DNA of 63,720 bases, the filler included, from Sphacelaria rigidula (lineage: Eukaryota): NCBI GenBank assembly GCA_964200075.2. It is 7 parts of 7 records of this genome, joined end to end, with 100 filler letters (N's around TTAATTAATTAA, not from the genome) between each part and the next. Parts side by side here need not be neighbours in the genome. Positions count along the whole stretch, not along the records: positions 1 to 9,018 come from CAXNAA020009500.1; positions 9,119 to 18,136 come from CAXNAA020009501.1; 5 more parts are not named here. One strand, 5' to 3'. Made by a program: the position numbers and the translations under genes. Numbering within the stretch: position 1 is the stretch's first letter; each line of letters begins with the position of its first letter. Below, piece after piece: positions 1 to 9,525 of the stretch. Below the pieces are notes generated by a model. The model was given only the letters and a program-made list of their open reading frames with translations. It searched no databases and was not told the origin of the DNA.

Positions 1-37
1 GAGGCAAAGGAGACAAATGTGTAGGTTGGGAGGGGGT

Positions 38-89
<52 letters not shown>

Positions 90-2628
90 AATTGGGTACG
101 GATTGAGATTGTGTGTGTAATGTTGAACCTGGAACTCGAAATATGTTCACAAGTATGAGCGACACGTGGCGTGAGACGGGATGACACTCTACGTCAACCC
201 CCTCCCCCCCCAAAGATGGGCAAAAATGACGCAAAAAACGCCTGCAGCTGTTTCATCTGCAACTCTACTGCAGTTGCACGGGCCCCGGCGAGTCTTGACT
301 CGTGCTGGCTAAAGTCCAGCGGGTCATCTTGGGGAAACGGCATCGAGTATGCATCGAGTCTGGCGAGTCAAGAAAGAATGATTCCAAAATATGAGTACGA
401 GAATGTCCAGAGTGTGCACAACTCAGTCCATAGTGCATGAACTGTCCGGGGAGTCACAAATAGTCACACCCTGGACAGCAGATTACACTGTCAAAACTTA
501 TACTGCGTTTAGTATCGACTATTGAGTCTACGGGAGTAGACAGTAGATTCTACACGGTACGCAGTGCATTTTATGATAATGTGCACATATATAGTAGTAC
601 TCTCGGAGCCATCGTCGGACAGTTGAACAGAAGCCTTCTACAGCGAACAACGCGAAGGTGTTGCGAGTAACATTTCAGGATCCAGGATGATCAGGAAACG
701 CGATGTGGAACTCGCGTGACACTGTACTGTACTGTCGTACCCTGGTTGTACTGTACTGTGAGGTACTACTGGACTATGGTCTGTACTTTACTGTTTCAGT
801 GTGAAATGCCGCACGGTACCCCTAACGGCAATCGCCATGTTACGTTCGCAGATACCGAACCAGCATCAACGACACTGGTTGAAGTGCTCAGAATCAACGA
901 CACCACTCGTATTACATCATCATGACTTGTCGTATCGAATCAAAACGGCGCAGATACGTAACACGCGCGTGGTGCCGTTTGCGAAGCGCGCGAACCACGC
1001 GTCGTCTGAGCGGAGCAAACAACACAGAACAACAGGACTGAACACAAGAGCGCACCCCACGACAGAAAGTCCGAAAAGAGCCAGCTTGTCTGAGTACGTA
1101 CACTGTTATCGTGTAGTAGTATTTATAGTATGAGTTCGTGATCGGTTCAGTTATTTCGTAGCGAAGGAGGTGTTGTCCGTAACAATTTTCTCAAGTGCGC
1201 ACAACAGGAAGCATCTGAAAGCACCCATCTGTGCGAGTAGTAGAGAAGGGCAGTCTCGCACGCCTTGCTTGACTGAACATACAGTACGCGTTGTTGTCTT
1301 GTTCACGTCCACACAATACAGACAAGTCTACAGGGACAGTCAGTAAGTACCACTTCCCATTTTGATCAAATCCCGCTTTTGGTAGTGTCTGTATTAGCAC
1401 AGCCAGTGGTGCTGTTGTTTGTATGCCCCACATGCGGGATATTCGCGCCCCAGCACCGTGGATGTACGTCTCCAAAAGGTACACCGTACAGGACTGTACA
1501 GTCGGTAGAACAACACCAGTGCGGTGGTCAAGAATCTTCGCAACCGTGACAGCGAGGCTATTGCTATGCTTTCAGCGACAAAAGACGCGGCTGCCGAAAG
1601 ATGGACATTCTCAGCGAACGGCGCTCGAACGATGCATGCGCCTTTTATTTTCACCCCTCTTCATCAGTCGACAGTAAATCTGATTTTTTTGTTGTGCTAC
1701 TGTAACAGTGGTCTCTCTTCGCTCAAGCGTGGACATTTTATCCGCCTAGGGCGCACACGAGGCAGTACGTGTAGTCCATTTACTGTTACATACGCGAGGT
1801 TGCGGACACGAGGCCGTGCTCCATGCTTGACAGTACACAGGCTGTAGTCAGTTCTGCAAGAGCACTACGTAATACGGAACTTGTACGGAAACACAAAGAG
1901 GCCGACAAAAAATAAATATGCCACGTCTTGGATACGCTGATATTAGCAGCAGACCCAGAGGGGCTGGCTGCGGCGGGGCGATTGACAAAATGAATGCTCT
2001 GTCTGACTTATTCCAAAGTTTACGGTTGATCAGCAGCGTGACAGTGTCGGCTTTTTGCTGACTGTAGCTCACCAATCCGAAGCGTTGCCCAACATGGGCC
2101 CCCAACCTGTAGAGACATACACAGGAATCGCACATCCATTCCGAGAGAGGCTACACGTGGATGCCCAAGACCATTCCGGGAACCTGATGTCTACTCTGTC
2201 CTGGACACAAGCGCTGTACTGCACTTGTAACGCTATACTGCACTTGTAACTGCTTGTAATGATACTGCACTTGTAATTTACCACCAGTAGGACAGGAGGA
2301 ATAATGATTGGTTCAAGATGAGATGGTGATGAGGCAGTTAAGGACGCCGTGCTATGCTGTCATTGTGCTTTTCGCTAGCGACATGTTCGCCACTTCATGC
2401 ACTGCTGAGAGGTCACGCTGTAATGTTGCTACTTTTTGCGGTCGTACCTATTGCTCCGTTCTGCGTGCTGCAGAGGATACCACGACGCATCGTTAACAAT
2501 TTTTCCGCAAGCTCTGCAGTAGAGACAGCAGCGGCAACCGTAACAGCAACAACAGCAACAAGGACAGCGTCAACTATAGATGCGCAACCTGTACAATACA
2601 GGGAAACACACGGAGAAATATAACATAC

Positions 2629-2880
2629 CTCGTGAGATGTAGGGCTTGGCTTCTTGATCACCACCTTGCAACCCGCTAGCTCTGCAGTGAAACAAGAGCA
2701 CATGGCGCCGTCTGCCAGGTGCTGGATTGAGTTTTTGCGAAACGACTTCCATTTTATCGTGGGCACCGGCCTGAAGGTATTTCGAACAGAGGAGCTCTGT
2801 GACCGCCTGTTACGCCCGCTCCATGCTCCAATTGATGGCGCATCATCGGCGATGCCATCTCCGGGCATCGGTGCATACAT
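2629..2880 (-). CDS. Protein kinase-like gene, N-terminal exon (subdomains I-II), partial
   Basis: Translation MYAPMPG...VPTIKWKSFRKNSIQHLADGAMCSCFTAELAGCKVVIKKPSPTSHE resembles a TKL-type kinase N-lobe (Gly-loop variant LADGAMC, VVIKK = VAIK lysine). It ends at a GAG|gtatgt donor at 2629/2628. The start codon and downstream exons are not certain. Confidence 0.6.
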
Positions 2881-4129
2881 TTTCTGCCGTGAGACACCCT
2901 TCTTCCTCTCTCGCGCTGTGCCTTTTTGTACTCGGGTGCGTTGTGTTATGGGCCAGTCGGTTGTAGCAAGAGTGATTGTGTTGGGGTTGCGGGTACTGTA
3001 TATATGCATCCGCGAGAGGATACTTTTTGATAGCCCGGGCACGCATTGGGCACCAGCGATCCTCCTTACCAAATGGGTCGTTGTCCTTTTTTTTCCTTTT
3101 TTTTTTAGCTCCCGCCCGCAGAATTCTTCTAAGCCAAGACAGTACCATGGAATGCTATTGCATGGTTTCATCAGTTTGTAAGCTACTGTTTATAGGTTCT
3201 CAGTCGGTTAGATCGTCGCCTGGGCTCGTGAGACAGGGGCGGCGATTTTTTCACATGATGATCAGAGACTTACACCAAAGGTTCGCGGCATCGTCGCGCA
3301 CAGCAGCAGCACGACACTGGTCGGTCATCTCCCTTAAAACTTCCTCAATCGCCGGTTGCGGGTAAACAAGGAAACGGTGTACAGTAGTCCCAGGTCCATG
3401 ACGCCTTTGGTGGTTAAACGTTGAACATGGGGGGCTTGCACAACTGTTGTCCCACTTTGCGAAATCAAATCCATGTTCAAGGACAACAGTGATTCACCGT
3501 CTCGCCTGGGTGACTATAATGGCTATGAGTCAATTATTATTGGTGAAATATGCGTTTGTGCTATCCACAGCCACATAATGTTGAACTGTCAAATTACTCG
3601 TATACCAAACAACAAACGGTACAACTGTTGTGCTGTACTACTGAACTGTGCCACAACAACACACGTGCAGGATATCAACACATGAACGGAATAACGTGCA
3701 TGGAGATTTTCATGCTAGGATTTTTACTGGAAACGTGCATCAGGTGTAAAAAGAACAGCTCGACACAGCAGCGTGAAACGCACATGATCACAGGAGGACT
3801 CTATTTACTCCGGACACTTCAAGGTGCTCAACTTCTTGAACACCCTGGGGTGATGGCAGGTGGTGACAGGCGAGTCTCACCCATCGCGCGGGGCTTACTG
3901 GTTTCCCTTGGACTTTTGAGAAACAAAAGTACACATGAATGCACTCAGATGCTCTCGATTGGTGGGCCTGCGAGTTTCAGGGCCCACATGGGCGGACACT
4001 ACTACTGACAGATTGCGCCGCCGCACCTTATTCGGCCCGAGGCTCGAGTTCTTATTTCCTCCGTGTGCACAAGCTGCCATGCACTACGAAGGTTTTATTG
4101 TTGTGAGATTCTTGACTGACCATCATCAC

Positions 4130-4370
4130 AATTTACTGCTACCCCACCTTCCTCCTGCGATGCTTGCCTTTATTTTTTATCGCGAGAGGGTTCAGCATTC
4201 CTTTTCCCTCGTCGACCGTTTGAGTCCAATTTTGTGTACCCACGACATAGTCGCTCTCCACTGTTGGGCGTAGTGTGAGAAAAAAGTCCCAGATCGCTTC
4301 GAGATTTGAACTCACGCCTCAACCGTCAGAAGGTTTCGAGGTTACCTACTGAGCCACCGGAGCGACCGGT
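4130..4370 (-). mobile_element. tRNA-derived SINE (family B)
   Basis: The minus-strand head gtcgctccggTGGCTCAGTAGGtaacc...gtgaGTTCAAATCtcg has Pol III A-box and B-box motifs, followed by a T-run and a non-tRNA body. It has no complete cloverleaf. Confidence 0.6.
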
Positions 4371-4386
4371 AATCGATGGTTGAATC

Positions 4387-4591
4387 CAAGGGCAGGTTGA
4401 GTAGAGTGTACTCAATTGCGGGGTATTTTGAAAGACGTACTTGAGGTACTCAAATTAGGGTAGAGTGTGAAGAGTCCTACCCGAAGAATAACTGGAAAGC
4501 GGTCCCTAAAACCCTAGCCCCAATTTGTGTACTTCAAGTATGTCTTTGAGAATACCCCGCAATTGAGTATACTCTACTCGACCTGCCCTTA
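4387..4591. mobile_element. 205-bp hAT-type MITE, copy 1
   Basis: Long TIRs (CAAGGGCAGGT.GAGTAGAGT.TACTCAATTGCGGG...). Flanks gttgaatc/gttgattc form a 7/8 match to an 8-bp TSD. A homologous copy lies at 62595-62799. Confidence 0.85.
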
Positions 4592-5014
4592 GTTGATTCC
4601 CCAGGACCAAAATGAGTCGTGGAGGGAGACAGTCGACAGCCAATTAGTCCCATTTAGTCCACCCGAACAGGAATAAAAGTGCTCATTTTGACGACCGTGA
4701 TTGGTCAACATGGGCATCCCGCGCGTCTCGGGCCTCGTGTACGGCTCAAAATTTTCCGAGGGAAACTTCCAAACACACATGGCTGACTCCGTTAGCTTCT
4801 CCGATGCTGTGCGTACAGCCCCCCCCCGAGCACTTGAAACCCCCAGATATGTCTCAGGACTGTCAGCCTGTAAATCTGTTTTGAGGCGACGCTCGCCGTC
4901 AAGGCCTGAGTACTTAGCCGCCGTCAAGTTAAGTGGTGGCGCTACCTATATCTTCAAACTGAATGAATATGAAGCTGAATCAGTAGATGGACTGACTAGT
5001 AGCCGCGTGTTCAA

Positions 5015-5112
5015 CCCTTTGATCGCGAAGGTAAGTCACCTGGTGAATTGGCATCAATTTCACTTGAAAAACGTACGCATGATCCAGATGGACTACCCCC
5101 GCGGTCCAGGGG
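5015..5112. mobile_element. piggyBac-like mini-MITE (degenerate)
   Basis: tcaa|CCC...GGG|ctaa. It shares the core gaattggcatcaatttcacttgaaaa...gatccagatggactacc with 6841-6921 in the opposite orientation. Confidence 0.55.
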
Positions 5113-5353
5113 CTAAGGGTACAACTGCTGATCTGACGCGGAGTAAGGTGAGCGGCCAGAGTAACCTCTCTTCGTCCCGCTGATTCGCAGTCCAGATTGC
5201 TCAACAAGATAGTCACATTTTCAACCCGCGTGCCTCCGCGAGACTTGCAAGGTGCATTGCAAAGACAAAAATGACTTACTGCAAGAAGTATCAAATATGT
5301 GTGTATACGGCATCATAGACGAATCTCCAAACTGGCCAAGGTTCCCAGTGTAA

Positions 5354-5527
5354 GGCCAACTCTTATGGGAGCGTTTAGAATTTTATGTTGCAATAATTTA
5401 AAACGTATTCTTCTTTTGTTCTTTGCCGTAGTTGTGTATTTTGTGCCCGTTCACCATGATGACAAAGAAAAAAAAACTCATCTAAAATTGTTGCAAAAAC
5501 ATCCAAACGCTCCCATAAGAGTCGGCA
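5354..5527. mobile_element. PIF/Harbinger (Tourist-like) MITE
   Basis: TIRs GGCCAACTCTTATGGGAGCGTTT / AAACGCTCCCATAAGAGTCGGCA, flanked by TAA on both sides. Confidence 0.75.
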
Positions 5528-6546
5528 TAATCAGTTCAATTTTACAGCGCGAACTTCGAGTTTGAGATACACCTCTCTCTAGACTCACATATGTACAAAA
5601 AAGCTCCGACTCATGACGATAGTATTCGACCGTACCGTGGCGTCCGCTGTGGCGTACCGCGATTGCAATCGGTATCCCACTTCATGATCATGGCGGTCGC
5701 GCCCCAAAATGGAAGCATCCCCCTGAATCATGACGTGCGAACCCCAATATTTCCGCATGTACTCGCACACAGCTCAAGACCCGACGTTCCAACAAGACGC
5801 CTGCTGTGGGTGAAGACAGCATTGAGGGTGAGCAGCTAGTACAGAATAAGTACTGCGCAGACGATTTGAATCTAAATACCAACATCCTTTTGGAAGGGGC
5901 ACGGCACCTGCACGCAGGAGCGCCCTACTGTTCGCATTCCCGCCTCAAGCCTCAACGCCCAGGACGTGCGAAGCAGATCGTTATGCCGTACCCCGCATGT
6001 ACACAATATCGTGTCATCACAACAGTAGTGGCATCATATCATGACACCAACACGCTACAGATGTATACAACACGAATTCAAAACGTCAAGCGACCACTTG
6101 CAAAGCCTTCCCGACGATGAGGACCGTTTAAAACGACGGGTTTCTTCCCCGTCTTTTCCCATGGAAACAGAAGGTGCAACTTCTCAAAAGCGTCTCCTTT
6201 CTTCACAAAAATGGGGAGAAATGAGCGTCTTTGGGACCGCCCTGATACCGCAACTGTTCCAACTTCAAGGGATTTATAACAGCAAACGGTTTCCGGTTAG
6301 AACGCTTCAACAGCAACCTGAGAACAATATATTACCGCAACGTTTCAGGGAATGGGTGGGGGGGCATATGAGGTCATTAGACGCTGAAAAAACCGCCACC
6401 ACCCTCGACACCCGCAAATCATCCTTTACCCAAGCGAGCAGCGCAAGCCACATTTTCTCCACACAGTACCACCACGCCACCTCCTTCGTCTGCCCAGCCA
6501 CGATCTTCTTCCCTCCCTCAACCAACTCTCCCCGCATCTACAATAC

Positions 6547-8359
6547 TCAAAAACCAAGGGAATCAGCCTGACGCTGAGCGCTTCGCGCCCCGCCCGTTTG
6601 TGCGTCAGTCGCGGCCGCCCGCTCCTGCTCCTTTCTACTGATGCTGTCAGCGAAAGATAGCTCCCAGAACCCCTCCGGGGTTTCCGGCGGGGGGCCGTGT
6701 GCCTCGTCGTGCTTGTGCCTGCCCCGGACGCGGGTTATATGCGCGTCAGGGGGCGTGGGGGGGGAAGGGGCAAGGGTAGAAGGCAGAATCATAGTCAGGT
6801 GTATTAGTCCATGTTGACGCGTACTGGCTAGGATATTTAACCCTGGCACCGCCATGCGGGTAGTCCATCTGGATCACACACCTTTTCCAAGTCAAATTGA
6901 TGCCGATTCAGTGGGTGAGGGTTAACCGACGACCTGAAACCCAGGATTTTGCATGGCGTAGTCATAAGACTGACCTCGTATCCCTACAAAGCCGGGGCGG
7001 AGCACGCCGGGTTTTCGCCGGACCAGGCTCGCAATCAAACCAAGTGCCAAGAGCCGTCATATATTCAGGGGGTCGCATGAAGGATGACTTGCATCCTGCT
7101 AAGACTGTTCGGCCCCAAGCGTACTAATTACCTTGCATATGGATGACAACCTCGAATTAGTTGCTCCTTTTACTGGTATCGCCACTTCCAGAGACAGCCA
7201 CGGGACACACTGCCTCATGGGTGTCTCCACATTTAACAACTAGGTATGGCGATCATCTTCTTTGCGCGGAGTGTACGTTTCCCACCCCGCACAATATATT
7301 CTAACTCGACCAGCATCATGGTTACCGCAAAAAAATGACAGCAAGAAAAAAAACGGTAACCTGGTTGCCTAGCTTACGCAGTGAGTGGCGTGTCTTACAG
7401 CGTCGTTGCAACCGACGCCAACCGTTAGAAGGGACAAACCAACGACGTGGTAGGTGGGTCGTGCAGACTTGTAAGAGAATGCCAATATTATTGGGCGAGG
7501 CCTTGATCGAATCAGTTTTTGCACGAGTTGCAAGCGCACGCTGGGGTCAGCGACGGCACCACGTGTGAGATGCTACTGTCAAGGTACACTAGACGGCAAG
7601 AGATGAAGAGGGTGCACGCGACACAAACACGACTAACCCAGCCAAACACAGGATGCCTACCGCATCGGGAGTATCCGTTGAACAGCAAGGTGAAATAACA
7701 CGAACCACTCAAGCAACCGGAGACTCTTCTCGACAAAGTGCTCAGCCTCGGAAAACTGTAACATCCTAGTTGATCGATGTTCTGCAAACTTCCAACTAGT
7801 AGGAGGGTGAACAAGGATGTACCGATTTCAAGGCAGCCTTTCTTACAAGATGGAGCGCCACTGCGGAGCGGAGTAAATCGGCCTGCACGTTTTTTCCTCC
7901 CGTAGGTAAGGCCCAACCCACTTCAAGGCTGATTCCCACCTCAAGGAGGCCAACCTTTGCTCGCACTATACCGCACTTCACCGGGATCTCCACCGTAGGC
8001 AACACGCTGAACCAGAGACCGCTCTTGGCAGGACGTGGAATCTCCGACAGCAAGCAGCATGCGTTACCCTCACGCTCAAACGGTACGGTCTTGCATCATC
8101 GTGCAACCTTCATTTGGAATATCCATATCCCAAATGGACATCCCAGACGGAGGTTGGTTGCACAATAATGCGAGGCTGCGTCAAACGGGTGAGAACAAAA
8201 GCAAACCCCCTCCATTCCCCCTTTCTTCTCTCACCGAGAACACATGTTGAGCATTGCCTGGCGCGTGCCCGGAGTACCCCCGATTGCCTCCAAATACGCC
8301 GTGCAATGCTCGCAGTCGTGCCCTGTCATGGCCGCCCTTCGCGCGCGATCTCTCACTAC
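6547..8359 (-). CDS. RBBP8: CtIP/Sae2/COM1 (RBBP8-like) DNA end-resection factor, last two exons (8359-8235, 6718-6547)
   Basis: Spliced translation VVRDRARRAAMTGHDCEHCTAYLEAIGGTPGTRQAMLNMCSR|HKHDEAHGPPPETPEGFWELSFADS...* contains the SAE2 C-terminal signature: VVR..R...GH.CxxC, CSRH(R/K) and PPxTPxxFW. The intron is a canonical phase-2 GT-AG with a ctgac branch site. The 5' exons are not on this contig. Confidence 0.9.
6841..6921. mobile_element. 81-bp piggyBac-like MITE inside the CtIP intron
   Basis: TTAA|CCC...GGG|TTAA with a perfect TTAA TSD. The core is shared with 5015-5112, 30541-30700 and 53799-53958. Confidence 0.7.
6965..7430 (-). mobile_element. Abundant interspersed repeat (family G), long copy; probable non-autonomous retroposon
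   Basis: Colinear with 43345-43670 plus 44825-44955. Shorter pieces occur at 17955-18136, 33800-33890, 36300-36370, 45588-45660, 53545-53615 and 54705-54895. Confidence 0.75.
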
Positions 8360-8769
8360 CTGCTCGGGCAAGGAGGTACGCTTTCACCACAGACACTTTG
8401 CGCTAATTTCTTCTTACGTTGTGTGTGTTCTCCCGATCCCTGGAAGTGGAACAATCCGTTTCTTTCATGCCTCGCCGAAAAGGCCAAATGGTCGTCTATT
8501 ACCCGTGGACTATTGAACTATTAATAATAAGTTTTCTTCCCGTCATATTTCGAAGCCGCCCTCCTCTCCGGGATGAGGCCGTCCTCTGAAGGGACTAACC
8601 CAGCTCTCTCCCGCTAAATGTCTGACACTTTATTATCACGGATTAGATCATGACCAACATTCCTGCACCGCATCGAATTGCAACAATTTTTCCATTGTCG
8701 CCCGCACACTTCCAGCGACGGAAATCAGATACTCTTGTGAGGGATGCTACGATAGGGGGGGGGGGCTTT

Positions 8770-8960
8770 GGGGTCATTTCTTCCACGAAATTCCACTTCA
8801 AATCGTCGTTGAAAACAGCAATGGTTGTTCGAACGCGCTTGTTACCGAAAAGAAAGTTCATTCATGTTGCTTGACATCGTTTTTACCCAAATACAAGCGC
8901 ACCGCCAGTGTGTTAGGTCGTCTGATACACCCATGAGCCTTTTCTCCGTGGAATCACCCG
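8770..8960 (+). repeat. Interspersed repeat, homologous to 36520-36710
   Basis: Shared ...aatcgtcgttga..gttcgaacgcgcttg...tttacccaaatacaagcgcaccgc.agtgtgttaggtc.tctga. Both copies are flanked by G/C runs near contig ends. Confidence 0.75.
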
Positions 8961-9018
8961 CCTCTCTCCCCCCGCCCCCCCGCCCGCCGCCTTCACCATG
9001 CACCCTCCAACCCGCGCC

Positions 9019-9118
9019 NNNNNNNNNNNNNNNNNNNNNNNNNNNNNNNNNNNNNNNNNNNNTTAATTAATTAANNNNNNNNNNNNNNNNNNNNNNNNNN
9101 NNNNNNNNNNNNNNNNNN
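9019..9118. other. Artificial contig linker (N44-TTAATTAATTAA-N44)
   Basis: 100-bp spacer with stop codons in all six frames. It recurs every ~9117 bp. Confidence 0.97.
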
Positions 9119-9525
9119 CCCCCTAGACCCCCCCCTGCCCTCAAAAACTCGGATTTTCGATCTTGAGGCCTACGTGTCCCGAAATATAGTTTTGACAGAC
9201 CCTAATGTCAACACTACATTCATGTGGTACCAACACACGCTTGGGCCAAGAAGGCTTAATGGTTATTTTTGTTCTTCTTTCCCCCCCTTTCTCCTGTTTA
9301 TTTCGTACTCCGTAGGCTTATTTCCCCCCCTTGTTCATAGCTAGTGCTTTTGAGTTTTGAATCTTGTCGATATCCATCTTGCAGCCACGAGTAGATTACT
9401 CTTCGCGGAATAGTTACTGTGATGGAGCCAAGTAGCATCACACTCTCATTTCATGCTATCCCCCCACGCCCCGTCCCTCCACTGGTATTCGTGGCGTATT
9501 TTCACGAAAAACGAACACTCTGCAG

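Noticed and set aside
2073..2106. 34-nt micro-exon GWGPMLGNASD as the next kinase exon
   Set aside because: The splice sites are good, but its phase does not join the 2629 donor and no bridging exon was found.
3810..4084. Short minus-strand exon-like segments (AWQLVHTEEIRTRASGRI; VFKKLSTLKCPE)
   Set aside because: They match no recognisable family and could not be assembled into a reliable gene model.
9063..9074. Regularly spaced TTAATTAATTAA palindromes
   Set aside because: These are six-frame-stop assembly linkers embedded in Ns, not biological sequence.
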